The translations under genes were made by a program, and so were the position numbers. From assembly GCF_052425735.1 (NCBI RefSeq), contig NC_135765.1:32426001-32490000 (forward strand): 64,000 bases of DNA, written 5' to 3'. The DNA is from Oculina patagonica. Its lineage: Eukaryota. How positions within the stretch are numbered: the stretch's first letter is position 1; the number at the start of each line of letters is the position of its first letter. Below, in pieces: positions 22,007-34,650 of this stretch. The notes beneath the pieces are model-generated. The model ran no database searches. It was not told where the DNA came from and saw only the letters and a list, made by a program, of their open reading frames with translations.

Positions 22007-23543
22007 GAGGGTCTCAATGACGTTAACCGTTTGCCGTAAAACGGCCAAAAATTTAGCCGTTAGGCGTAAAAATTTGGATAAAAATATGTAAACCGTAAAA
22101 AAACGGTAACTAGCTCACTTCATCGTCTCAAAATGGCCCTGAGACCTTTAATATGTTAATCAATAATGAAAATTAATTTTAAACTTTTTAAAACAATGGA
22201 ATTAAATTTTCAACTCCTGTTAACGATAATGGAAAAAATAAACGTTAGCCATAAAAAAGCTAGCCTGCGAGCAGGCTCTCTATTCGGGGGCAACGTGAAT
22301 ATTGAACTGCTCACTCGAGCGCCGAAGGCGCGATCCCGCGAGTGCCGAAGGCGCGAGTGCGTGGGTGAAGCGGGCACGCCGAGAGAGAGCCTGCACGCGC
22401 GCCATTGAATTTCAAATCCGGCCCCTCGAAATGTGACAACTTGTTGACAACTCGCTACGCTTCCGGTGTCAATATATCGATCGAACGCTCGCGCGTTTAT
22501 TTCGAAAAAAGTTGTAAACAAAGAGAGTGAATGTTACTGTATCTGCAAGTGTACATTTTTGGTAAAATATGAAACTGGTAAATCGCTTTGCATGTAAACG
22601 GAAAATTTATTTGAAGCGTCAAATCGCGATGGGAGCCGCGGACAAGTGACGACAGATGTACGAACAAATTGAAAAACAATTCGCAATATTGTCTAGTTTG
22701 TCCAGCCGTGTGTTCGATTCCTGTCCCCAAAAAAATCAGAAAATCGAACTTAACTAGTGAGCATCACTCTGCGAACGGCATTTGTAAAGCTGCTTTATTC
22801 TCCTGCGCGTTTCGTCCGACTGTCGCGGACTTCTCAGCTGATGCAAATATTAACTGCGAACTGACGCTCGTAACGCCGGTTAAATCTCGCAAAGCAACAC
22901 AGTTCAAGTTCAACCCATCGATTGTCCCTCCTTCACCTGGTCCCGGGCACCTGGTCTTCAATTATACTGGAAAGTGGGCATATTACTAAAACGATAGTGT
23001 CTGAGAGTCGCTCGTAAACTTTCTTCTCCACCATTGCCACTGCAAAGAGTTGAAATACATCTCGTTCTTCTAGAAGATAATTTACCGCATCTTCCTGTTC
23101 TTGTTTTAAGTTATGGAGATCGTTAGAATCAAGCGAAAGTTTCCAAAATGCTTCATCATGAACGCTGCTGAACGAACTCGCGTGCCTATTCACGGACGCC
23201 GGCCGTAGTTGATTTGGCTTTGATGTGGACGCTGGTTTTTCTCACATTTATTAAGCCTGTCATTTTTGACCAATCTGAGTGCTGCGTTCGTGGACGAACG
23301 CGCCGGATTTGAAATTCAATGGCGTGCGTGCAGGCTCTCAATTTTAATTGCGGGCTCGCTTCGCTCGCCCAGCGGCTCGCTTCGCTCGCCGACTCGCGCG
23401 TTCGGCACTCGCGGGATCGCGCCTTCGGCGCTCGAAGAGTTCAATATTCACGTTGCCCCCAAATAGAGAGCCTGCTCGCAGGCTATAAAAAAGCCAAAAT
23501 TTTAACCGCTAACCGTAAAAGCCACCACTCCATTGAGTCCCTC
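22007..23543. mobile_element. MITE with GAG...CTC termini hosting a nested AcademH-like element
   Basis: TTTCAG|GAGGGTCTCAATG...CATTGAGTCCCTC|TTTCAG; internal (A)CCGTAAAA repeats resume on both sides of the insert. Confidence 0.75.
22261..23485 (-). mobile_element. Non-autonomous AcademH-like DNA transposon with RecQ/SF2 helicase remnant
   Basis: Long TIRs TAGCCTGCGAGCAGGCTCTCTATT...; 9-bp TSD TAAAAAAGC; internal LKQEQEDAVNYLLEERDVF/QLF..IVLVICPLSSIIEDQV and QLIFASAE resemble RecQ-type helicase motifs Q and Ia. Confidence 0.8.
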
Positions 23544-24268
23544 TTTCAGATTGTCGATCAGTAAGAAGGGTAAAACGAATCAAACGCGGGGAGAGTAAAA
23601 CGTGGAGGGTAAAACGAATCAAACGCCCCAAAATTTTGCCCTTTTGCCGTAGTGCCAGCCCAATTGCAATCAATTTGGTTTTGCTTTCTCTTCTGTCGGG
23701 TATAATAGATCTTTTGCCAAACTGCACTATAGAGACGAGGGCATTCTTTCTTTCTGAGGCAGAAAAAGAAGGCGGAGTGGCGGTCGTCATTTTGCGACAA
23801 TTTTACCAAGATGAAATTAAGCCTGTTGTGCCGTGGAAGCTTTCAGATTTTGGAGAAAGCCGCATTTACTCTGTTATTATCATGATCAAGAGTGCAGCTG
23901 GCCTACAATATTGTCACAAAAAACTTTTGAGGCGTAAAACTTGGCGCCTGCTTTTGTAAAAAGAACACAATTCCTAAATTTACGATATATTTTTAAAGAT
24001 TGGTTTTCTAGGAACAGATCGGCATGGTAAGCACTACAAATCCAAATTACATTAAAATTCCCAAACGAGCCCCAAATAGATTAAAATACAGAAATTCCCA
24101 AAATTACCCGAAAATATCTCAAAACATGCTTCTACAACTGAGCGCTTATAACATTTTGATTAACGTACAGTCGTCTCTTGTTTGCAACAATGAAAATACT
24201 TGTATGGCGACAAGAGTGAAAAAATGGTGTTTAAATGATGGATACGGGTATACGAGTCACCTCGACTT

Positions 24269-25192
24269 TTACAATCCTTTTAAAATTATAACAGCTCTTG
24301 TCTTCCAGCGGATTATCTTTCTCCCACGATCATCATCAAAGCATTGACTTTGCCAAAAGTTAAGAATTTTCATGAGATTATCTTGGTTGGCAGTCTCACT
24401 AACATTAACACAATGTGTCAGGAAATCCAGCAGTTTATTTCCTTGCTGAGATGAACTATCAAAGATGGTTGTTATGTCAAAGGGTTTGGTCTCGCCTGGA
24501 CATTCCGCGTATTTCCAGCCGTTCTTTTCAGCGACATCTCTAACATCTTTGTTGCTGCTGTAGACTCCAGGGTTCAGAATCAAGCCTTGGTCAGAAAATG
24601 CTTTCCCATACTTCACAAACGGGCCGTCTTCATCGTTCATGATAGTCAAAATAACTCCTTTTGCTCCAAGTTCTTTCTCGTAGCAATGTTCCAGTGCTGT
24701 GTCAAGCCTGCCAGCATAGTAGATGCTATGTAGAAAGTGGACTACATCAAATTTCACATCATCTTTCTTCTTCTGTTCAATGTACTTCTGGAAGGTCATT
24801 GGGCACCATTCAAAGTCAACATCTGCTATGTTCTTCAAACTTTCCGGCAAATGTTCTGCTTTAGCGCGGAATCCTTCCAAACTTTTACTGTTTGGTTCGA
24901 TGGCACGGGCGAACATTTGAGCTTTTTTGTCTTTTCCTTGGCAAAGTTTGCTTAGAATCTCAAGGAAGGGCAGGTCATTTTCGCCGTCACCACTTCCAAC
25001 ACTGAGAACAGAAAATGGCGACTGATCTTCAAGGCGATCGCGGACATAATCAGCGATAATTGCGATGACGTGCTCTTCAATACACTGTAATGTACGGTTT
25101 TCTGGTTGTACAAATGCTGCAAGCAAACTTTTCAGCGATTGTAAATAAGCTTCAGGACAAGAATTAAGCGAGTAACCAACAAGTTGAGACAT
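24269..25192 (-). CDS. HNMT-like SAM-dependent methyltransferase, clade A copy 1 (intact, 307 aa)
   Basis: VLSVGSGDGENDL, AIEP, FDVVHFLHSIYY, LLDFLT align with HNMT motifs ILSIGGGAGEIDL, VVEPS, WDFIHMIQMLYY, WDFLT. Confidence 0.9.
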   Translation of the reverse strand: MSQLVGYSLNSCPEAYLQSLKSLLAAFVQPENRTLQCIEEHVIAIIADYVRDRLEDQSPFSVLSVGSGDGENDLPFLEILSKLCQGKDKKAQMFARAIEPNSKSLEGFRAKAEHLPESLKNIADVDFEWCPMTFQKYIEQKKKDDVKFDVVHFLHSIYYAGRLDTALEHCYEKELGAKGVILTIMNDEDGPFVKYGKAFSDQGLILNPGVYSSNKDVRDVAEKNGWKYAECPGETKPFDITTIFDSSSQQGNKLLDFLTHCVNVSETANQDNLMKILNFWQSQCFDDDRGRKIIRWKTRAVIILKGL

Positions 25193-27259
25193 TTTGTTTC
25201 TGCGCGCTTGTCTTGCCGTGCTTACTCGTCGCTGAAAAAATTAGGAACAATTTCTCCCCGCGATGCCTCCGCCCAGTTTTCATTATGGATTGACATTGAT
25301 TGGCATAACTTCTAAACAGCCAAACAAAATTACAAACTTTGTAAAGATGCAAGGCTGATCAAACAGCTGAGAGTTCCTTTTCAATTTTTCATTTGCACTG
25401 CACAAAAAATCGCTTTTAGCATATATTTGAGTTGGGGTTACAGGTCGTCTTTGCAGAACCTTTGCCATAGCTTTGATTGAGGCAAAGGCCGTCAATGATA
25501 GTACACCTTTCCCGTAAATCAAAGTTGTGGCAAAGATACCAACTAATGTGACTTTGATCGTGTCAATAATACATTTGATTCGGGTCAAATCTGTTACTTA
25601 CTCTGACGCGCATCAAATCCCTGTCGAAGGTAATGTTTACTTTTGACATCTGTGTAAAAGTAATTCAGCCATCGTTTTCTCACTTTTGACAAAGTGTGAC
25701 AAAGCTAATTTTCCGTGCAGTGCAAGATTGAAATATTTAAAAATGAGAAAGATAAAATGCTGATATATATGTAAGGTTGATAAAATTAGAATACACAAAA
25801 ATTTGTGATGGTGGAAAAGCTAAAATAACACGTAACTGCAGTAACTGTGAATATTCATGCTATAATGACGGTTAGGGTTAAGGGTTGGGGTTAAGTTATA
25901 GTTCCTTTCAAAATAAAATATCTTTTTATTTATATAAGCTGGAAGGAGTAGTTCTTCTAGAGGGTTTTCAGTTTTTTAGTCATTTTGTTGTTTAATTTAA
26001 CCGTATTTAACATTTTAAAACACTCTTTCGCTAATCAACAGTAGTTCCTTTCGAAGAAGAAATTTCATTTGTTGTGTTTGGAAATTGTACTTTGAAGATT
26101 GCTGATTCGAACTTTGTACACCTGTACATCTGCCACTTTGTTCATCACCTCAGTTCATTTGGTGAACAAATATATTTTCGGTAGTTTGTTGTTTTGAGTT
26201 TTGAGTTCATAATTAAAGATTTCTTTCTCTTAAATTAGTTTCCATGGAAGCCTGGCAGCTGAACCAATTTTCAAACACTAGAAACGGTGTCGACGTTGTT
26301 TGCACAAAGTTGACCTTTGTTCGTACATTGTTTTGAACAAAGAAGAGAGAAAATTGGCTAGTTAGTTTTTTAAATAAAACCGCTTTATAGTACACAGAGC
26401 AGGAGTTTGTCATGCATTTTCAAAGAGCCGTTGAAACTAATAAATTTTTTAACAGATTAAAAACGACTTGACTAACTTGAGTACACAAGAACAAGGGTTT
26501 TTTGTTCTTTGCGTTAAGGAAATTAAAACTAATTTAATTCCTAACCGATGAATTTTTTTGTCATATTTGTCACCGCAGTGTGCCTTGTATTTCTTTTATA
26601 TGTTTCCTATCTGATATACGATTTGAAATCAGCTCCACTCTCTAGTAAAACTCCATCTCTATTAAGCCTTCCGGAAAAGTTGTTGAAAAAAGTAAGTGAA
26701 TTGCGCGCAAACTAAAACTAGTGAATAATAGTTTAAATATCGACTGGAAAAACTTCACAGTTAGCTCTTGCTAGGGATTACAACTAACTGTTAAGAAAAG
26801 GGTGGTTCCTCCTCTTTGTTTTACCCAACACCATACACTTTTATTTTTTTCCTTCTTGTATATATTTCGTTACAAGTTAATGTCACTATTTTACTCATAT
26901 GTATAGCTTGCTTAGATAGCTACTGCTGTAATCCGTATTTTTTCTTTTTAAATGTCATTTTTTCATTTATTTTCTTGCTGCTGTTAAATTTTGCACGTGT
27001 TCCATTCCTTTAAATATAGATATCTTTCAAAGAGAAAATATAAAAGAAATTTTCATATGTAGTTGCTTATCGTAACAGACTGCGAGGAGTCATTTAATTC
27101 CATCTTCATAGTTATCTTCAATCAATAAATATTCTCTATTTCAAAAGAAAAGTTAATCGGTTTAAAACTAAAGTTACTGAAAAACGGTAACTCCTTTCGT
27201 AACAGTTTGTAGAGTAAACTCTCCGAGTACATCTATTTTTTTAAACGAGACTGTTTCTC

Positions 27260-28172
27260 TTACTTATAAATCACTACTACTGCATTTTCTCCTTTCACAA
27301 ACTTTTCACCGCTGTCGTTTGTAAAAGCCAGCGATTCAATCATCTTCTATCACACTGTTAAACAATTCTTGCTCGGCATTCGCTCGGAAATTTTGCTGAT
27401 GGGTCAGAAAATCGATGAGCGGGTCATCCTTTGAGGTTGGCTCTCGGAGGCAGGTCGTGACATTGATCTGAAATTGTTCTTTCACCGGGACGCAGGATTT
27501 CCAGCCGTTTTTCTCAGCGATGGCGGTGAGGTCTTGATGCGTGTAAAAGGACATAGCTTCTGAAGCACAGCTTAATTTTCCTTTAAACGTTTTACTGAGT
27601 TTAGCATGGAAGGAGTCTTCGGTGTGAACGAAGCAAACAATGGCGCCGTTCTCTGTTTTCAGCCGTTGTTCGAAGCATGATCGCAGTGCATTCTCCACGT
27701 CTAAATAGTAAATACTGTGGACAAAATGAATGAAATCGAAAGTGTTCTTTTCAATGGCGGTTTCTTGGTTGAATTCACGGAAGCTTTTCTGATGCCATTT
27801 AAAGGAAACATTGGCTGCATTTTCTAACAAAGGCGGGAGCGAAGACGCCCTCTTTTTGAATTGGTCTAAGAGAAACGGGCTCGGCTCTACGATTACGTTG
27901 TGAATGGTAGGCTTTTTCTTCTTCTCTGATACAAGGTAATCCGCCATAGTTTGAAGGATGAGTAAATCAATCTCACCGCTTCCACTACCAATGCCTAACA
28001 CTTTGAGTGGCTCGTTGATGTCAACTTTGTCAATGATTTTCAGTAGAGCTTGTTTTATCCCGTTCTGGGTAAAGTTGAGCATGCCTGGTTGTCTAATATT
28101 TGTGTTGTCAATGAATGCCTGAAACGACCTCTGATACATCTCATGGGATTCCCAGAGCGGTTCTAGAGACAT
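27260..28172 (-). pseudogene. HNMT-like clade B copy 1, +1 frameshift near the C-terminus (278 aa truncated product)
   Basis: Near-identical to 35266-36177; GTGATAGAAG vs GTGATGAAG gives a stop at 27336, and the original tail is present out of frame to 27260. Could be an assembly indel. Confidence 0.8.
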
Positions 28173-28834
28173 TTTGTGGCAAAGACTTAAAGAGGTGTTG
28201 TTGATTCTGATCGAACTTCAGCCTTGTGCGTCCCTGAACTCTCCCTTTCCCGCCCAATACAGGGATTGAACCCAGAAGAGAGTCGAGGATAATTTGCATG
28301 CGCATGCTCAAAACGAACCAATCAAAAACGACAGAAGCGTGGCGTTACTTACTTGTAATGCCCCTTTGCCTGCGCTACCATATTTATTTTTATTGTCAAG
28401 ATTTTGTGAAAATGTGTTAGTAGACCGCACTAAAACATGAATACAAATCACGTTACCTTTGTCGTTCTTTGATTATAAAGGTCAAAGGCCTATGGAAGGC
28501 CTTTGTCGCAATCAAAGCTGTGGCAAGGGGTTGCCAAATACGGCCTTTACCATTAAACGTATGTGTCAAGGGCGCTTTTTTGTGCATTGCAAATAAGGAA
28601 TTGAAAAGGGAAACATTCTGAGCTGTTTGATCAGCCTTGCATCTTTAATTTGTAATTTTGGTTGGCTGTTTAGAAGTAATGTCAATCCATCATAAAAACT
28701 GGGCGAAGGCATCGCGGGGAGAAATGTTCCTTATTTTCCAGCGAAACGTAAGCAAGCAAGCAAGAGAAGAGGTGAATTCGAAACGCGGAAGAATTCTCTG
28801 ATCGCAGATTAAACTGAACTGAACGCATAACAAA

Positions 28835-28878
28835 ATGTCACAACTTGTTGGTTGCTCGCTTATTTCTTATCCTGAATC
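28835..28878 (+). pseudogene. Clade A 5' stub (MSQLVGCSLISYPE) with its upstream region
   Basis: CAAAATGTCACAACTTGTTGGTTGCTCGCTT; 28480-28834 matches the clade A upstream region, then homology stops abruptly. Confidence 0.8.
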
Positions 28879-28962
28879 ACATGTTCAAAATATAACAGTA
28901 ACAAACTGTTAAAAGTTCAGTTACATTTAAAAGAATTGTTCATTTTAGCAGTAAATATATAC

Positions 28963-29273
28963 TAGTTATGCAACGCTTTCGAGTGGTATACTATGGAATA
29001 TCCCACGAGTCACTTGTATTTTCTCGGTATACACACGAGCCTTTAGGCGAGTGTGTATGCCAAGAAAATACAAGTGACAAGTGGGATATTCCATAGTATA
29101 CCACGAGAAAGTGTTGTGTAACTATTTTATACCATGCCATAGAAAATACGCTTACTAAATTTCGTCGAGAATACAGTCGCAGCGCACTATGGGAAGGTTG
29201 GGTTGAATACCGTCGAATATACAACGGCTTTCCTGTATTCTGATTGGCTGCATTTTCTATGGCATGGTATAAA
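28963..29273. repeat. Unclassified element with two internal hairpins
   Basis: TGGTATACTATGGAATATCCCAC..GTGGGATATTCCATAGTATACCA and TTTATACCATGCCATAGAAAAT..ATTTTCTATGGCATGGTATAAA. Confidence 0.6.
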
Positions 29274-29895
29274 ACCACATTCGAAGGGGGGCGCTTATTG
29301 GAAGGAGGGCGCTAAATCGAATCATTACTGGTTTGGGAAATTCATTGTAATTTTGCATATCGGTGTAAATGAAATCTCTAAGTTTGTATTCTTGCCCGAG
29401 AAGTTTTTGCTTTTCCTCTATGAAAACATCTCTGTAGCTTTCCTTTTACTGTTTCAGAGCTTTGAGTTGAAAAATTCTTCTCAGAGCTAATTACTGGCCG
29501 GCCATGGCATTAATACGGAAAACGAAAGAGCAAACTTCAATTATTCCAAGTAGATAAGAAAGGATAAAAAAAAACAAGAGTAAAGAACAATTTCCACATT
29601 TATATATTCTTAAAGATTACTTTAATAGGAACAGTTCGGCTTGATAAATCACTACAATCTCAAAATATATTTCAAAACTGAAAGCAATTTCTACAATTTA
29701 TATTCATAAACATAGTCTCCTAGGAATCAGTCCGCTTGATAAATATTACAACTCAAAAATATATTAAATTTCCCAAACAAGCCCAACAACAAAGTATTAA
29801 AGTCGTCTCTTTTGGCAAGAATAGTTACTTCAATAAAAACAAGCGTGAACAAATGGTGTCTCTATGCATGATGAATATGCGAGCCTCCTCGACAT

Positions 29896-30832
29896 TTACA
29901 ATCCTTTTAGAATTATAACTGCTCTTAACTTCCATCCAGTGATTATCTTTCTCCCACGACCATCATCGATGCATTCATTTTGCCAAAATTTCAGAATTTT
30001 CATTAGATTATCTTGGCTGGCAGTCTCTCTTACGTTTACGCATTGTGTCAGGAAATCCAGCAGTTTATTTCCCTGCTCAGATGAACGATCAAAGATGGCT
30101 GTTATGTCTAATGATATGGTCTCGCCTGGACATTCCACGTATTTCCAGCCGTTCTTTTTAGCCAAATCTCTGACATCTTTGTTGCTGTTGTAGACTTCAG
30201 GATTCAAAATCAAGCCATGGTCAGAAAACATTCTTCCATACTTCACAAACGGATTCTCTTCGTCGCTAGCGATAGAGAAAATCACTCCTTTTGTCCCAAG
30301 TTCTTTCTCGTAGCAATGTTCCAGTGCTGTTTCAAGCGGACCAACAAAGTAGAGACTGTGTATAAAATGGACTACATCAAATTTCACATCAGTTTTCTTC
30401 TTCTGTTCAACGTTCTTCTGGAAGGTCATTTGGCACCATTCAAAAATCGACATCTGCTATGCTCTTCAAACTTTCCGGCAAATGTTCTGCTTTAGCGCGG
30501 AATCCTTCCAAGCTATTATTGACTGGTTCGATTGCACGTTCAAACATTTGAGCTTTCTTGTTTTTACTTCGGCAGAGTTTGCTTAGAATCTCAAGGAAGG
30601 GCAGGTCATTTTCGCCGGCACCACTTCCAACACTGAGAATGGAAAATGGCGACTGATCTTCCAAGCGATCGCGGACATAATCAGCGAAAATTGGGACGAC
30701 GTGTTTTTCAATACATTCTAAAGTCCCTTGGGGTGGATCTAGCGATGCATAAAAACTTTCGAGCGATTGAAAATAAGCTTCAGGACAAGACACAAGCGAG
30801 CAACCAACAAGTTGAGACGTTTTGGAATTCAT
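29896..30832 (-). pseudogene. HNMT-like clade A copy 2, +1 frameshift at ~30442
   Basis: ORFs 30440-30832 and 29896-30453 join into a full paralog; extra T in GATTTTTGAA (homopolymer, so a sequencing error is possible). Confidence 0.8.
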
Positions 30833-32252
30833 TTCAGTAACCTGCAGTCAAACGAATTTTTGCACTTTTGCACGCTTCGTAAAAGTATTCACTTCGATTC
30901 TTGCCTTGCCGTGCTTATCATGTCCCGCTGAAAAATGAGGAACAATTTCTCCCCGCGATGCCTCCGCCCAGTATTCATACAGGACTGACATTGATTGACA
31001 TTACTTCTGAATAGCCAACCAAAAATTAAAACTTTTTACAAATGCAAGGCTGATCAAACAGCTGAGAACGTTTTCCTTTTCAATTCTTTATTTGGTCAAA
31101 CACTGCACGGAAAATCACCTTTGACATATACGTTTGACTTGGGGGCATATGTGGTAAAGGCCGTATTTGCCATATCTTTGCCACTGCTTTAATTGCGGCA
31201 AAGGCTGTCCATTATAGTACGCCTTTGACGTTTATAATCAAAGGTGTGACAAAGGTACTGTGAAATGTGTTAATGTTTTAGTGCTGTCTACTGCTGTCTA
31301 CTAACACACGTTCATAACTTGAGTAACAACAAAAGAATAAATATGATCAAGAGAATGTGAAGTAAGAGAGCGAATCCCCATACGATTCCTCTATCTGCGA
31401 CTAAGTTCATCATCGCAGTTCATTTGATAACACATATATTTTTTTGGTAGCTTTTTGTTTCGAATTTCCATTCATAATTAAAAATTTCTTTCTCTTAAAT
31501 TAGTTTCCATGGAAGCCTGGCAGCTGAACCAATTTTCAAACACTAGAAACGGTGTCGACGTTGTTTGCGCAAAGTTAATCTTTGTTCGTACATTGTTTTA
31601 AACAAACTGAAACAAAGAAAGGAGAAAATTGGCAAGTTAACGTTTACATAAAAACTGTATCTATAGTACACAAAGCAGGACTTTCTCGTGCATTTTGAAA
31701 AAGCCGTTAAAACTAATTATTTTTTAACAGATTAAAAAACGACGTGACTAACTTAAGTACACAAGAGCAAGAGTTTCTCGAGCTTTTCACTAAGAAAGTA
31801 AAATCTGTTTCAATTCTCGACGGATGAAAATTTCTATTCTTTGTCATGTTTGTCACCGCAGTGTGCCTTTTACATTTGTATTTCCTTTATATGTTTCCTA
31901 AGCGATATATGATTTGAAATAATCCTCTCTCTCTAGTATACCCCCTTTCTATTAAGCCTTACTCAAACGATTTTATAAAGGTAGATGTAGTGCGCTCAAA
32001 CTAAAGCTAGAGTAGCATATTTTAGTTTGAAAAGAAATACAACAGAATTCGGTATGAAAACGTGATTCGCTCAAAGTAACCTCTTTTGCACCAGGAATGA
32101 TTTAACCCAACCCTGAACTTAACCCTAACCCTGACCCTGACCCTAACCGTATGAAAAAACAAAACAAATTATTCTCAAAAACAATTTAGACATTGTAATG
32201 TTGAAGAGCAGTTTCCTAGAAACAGATTGGCTTGATAAATACTACAAACTTA

Positions 32253-33569
32253 GGGAGCGGTCATTAATTATTGGGGGGGGGGGGGCGGCAAATTTGGGGG
32301 GAGGGCTAAGATTTTTGGGGCTCCCATTTGGGGAGGGCCAAATGTCTTTGGACCCACGATAAGGGGAGGGTCATAAATGATTGGGCACCTGTTTTAACAA
32401 ATAAACTTTTTAAATATTTTAGGCTACTTCAATCCACAATCCATCTCCTCCTTGGTAATTTCCCTTAAACAGCAAACAGCGCGTGTGTTTATCAAGCTGA
32501 ATCTTTTATATCTTGAACGTGACTCATTGTGGAGATTTCTGGAGTGAGCCAGAAAATATATATGACTAGAATGGTTGACTTCCAACGCACAGTTTCTGTA
32601 ATGAGACTCCACAGAACAATTGTTTAACCATTCATGCTGCAAGTTCTCTGCGAGGAACATTTCTTTACCTATTTTACTAGCAAGCTAGCTACTTTGACTA
32701 TTTTACTAGCAAGCTAGCAATAGGTAATTAAAGCTTAGTAATTTCTGGTCTATCCGTTGGCGAGTAGTGACTTGTTAAATGGTCAAAGAGGCTTTACACG
32801 TTCGATCACAGCTGTTTATCATTGGTATAAATTGATTACTTTTTAGCATGTTTGACATTCGTAGATGCATTTCTAGTCGTTTCAGAAGACCTAAAATAAA
32901 AATTTTCCGGGGGAGCATGCCCCCGGACCCCCCTAGCCTTGTTTGTGTTAAGGATCAACAGCTGTTTGGTTCAGGCTTCTCAAGCCTCATGCATTGAGCG
33001 TGAGACTCGCGCAATCAGTTGCAAACTCACACTGAAACGATTATTTCTTGCATGATATTATTTTGATTCAAACAACCCATTTGGATCATATCTATTTGTA
33101 TCATGACACGTTATCAATAATCGCCTTAGAAGCACACTATTTTGCTATTTTTTTTTCTGTTTTACCTGCTTCGAATAGCTCGAACAGCTGAAAAAGTTAA
33201 AACAGGAATCTAAGTAGCTTTTCTGAAAGCGCCATCATATTGCTACTCAGAATCGCAGAAAAGTGATCTAAGAGGATTAAAAATTGAAAATTTTCTGGGG
33301 TAGCATGCCCCCAGGCCCCTCTTGAGGGCACACAACTTCTCTAAGAACTAGTCAACTACTTTCAATGGTTTTTACCTTGCTGTGTTTATTCTTTTATGTG
33401 CTCATTCAAAGGACGGAAAGGGGGGGGGGGGTCACAATTTTTTGGTCTCTGATTTGGGTCGGGTGGCAAATTTCTGGCTCCAATTTGGGAGAGGATTACA
33501 ATTTTTGAGCCCACTTCTTCAAAAATTTACCGGCCCTCCCCCCCCCCCCAGTAATTAATGACCGCTCCC
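32253..33569. mobile_element. 1.3-kb non-autonomous DNA transposon with 3-bp TTA TSD (Harbinger- or Zator-type ends)
   Basis: TTA|GGGAGCGGTCATTAATTA...TAATTAATGACCGCTCCC|TTA; the empty site is visible in the paralogous flank at ~29737-29773. Confidence 0.85.
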
Positions 33570-33726
33570 TTAAAATATATTAAAATTTCCCCTTCGAGCC
33601 CACAATGATTAAAATACACAAATTCCCAAATTTACCACAAACTCTTCTACAACATGTATGAACAAATGGTCTCTGAATGATGGATATGCAAGTCTAATCG
33701 GCTTAAAAATAAAATTTCCAATTGCT

Positions 33727-34650
33727 TTACACTCCTTTTAGAATTATAACTGCTCTTGTTTTCAACCCGATTATTTTTTTCCCACGACCATCTTCAGTGC
33801 ATTCGTTTTGCCAAAAGTTAAGAACTTTCATTAGATTATCTTGGCTGGCAGTCTCTCTAACATTAACACAATGTGTCAGGAAATCCAACAGTTTATTTCC
33901 CTGCTCAGATGAACGATCAAAGATGGCTGTTATGTCTAATGATTTGGTCTCGCCTGGACATTCCACGTATTTCCAACCGCTCTTTTCAGCAACATCTCTA
34001 ACTTCTTTACTGCTGTAGTAAGCTCCAGGATTCAAAATCAGGCCTTGGTCAGAAAACATTCTTTTATACTTCACAAGGGGATGGTCTTCATCGTTCATGA
34101 TAGATAGAATGACTCCTTTCGCTCCAAGCTCTTCCTCGTAGCAATGCTCCAGTGCTGTTTCAAGCGGGCCAGCATAGTAGATGCTATGTATAAAATGGAC
34201 CGCATCAAATTTCACATCATCAGCTTTCTTCTTCTGTTCAACGTACTTCTGGTAGGTCATCGCGCACCATTCAAAGTCAACATCTGCTACGCTCTTCAAA
34301 CTTTCTGGCAAATGTTCTGCTTTAGAGCCGAATTCTTCCAACCTATCTTTGTCTGGTTCGATGGCTCGTTCAAAAATTTGAGCTTTCTTGTTTTTTCCTG
34401 GGTAGAGTTTGCTAAGGCTTTCAAGGAAGGGCAGGTCATTTTCGTCGTCACCACTTCCAACACTGAGAATAGAAAATGGCGACTGATCTTCCAGGCGATC
34501 GCGGACATAATCAGCGATAGTTGTGATGATGTGCTCTTCAATGCACTCTAACACACCGTTTCCACGATCTAATGATGCAAGAAAACTTTCCAGCGATCGT
34601 AAGTAGGCGTCAGGACAACAAATAAGCGAACGACCAACAAGTTGAGACAT
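33727..34650 (-). CDS. HNMT-like clade A copy 3 (intact, 307 aa)
   Basis: Full ORF paralogous to 24269-25192; motif I reads GSGDD. Confidence 0.88.
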   Translation of the reverse strand: MSQLVGRSLICCPDAYLRSLESFLASLDRGNGVLECIEEHIITTIADYVRDRLEDQSPFSILSVGSGDDENDLPFLESLSKLYPGKNKKAQIFERAIEPDKDRLEEFGSKAEHLPESLKSVADVDFEWCAMTYQKYVEQKKKADDVKFDAVHFIHSIYYAGPLETALEHCYEEELGAKGVILSIMNDEDHPLVKYKRMFSDQGLILNPGAYYSSKEVRDVAEKSGWKYVECPGETKSLDITAIFDRSSEQGNKLLDFLTHCVNVRETASQDNLMKVLNFWQNECTEDGRGKKIIGLKTRAVIILKGV

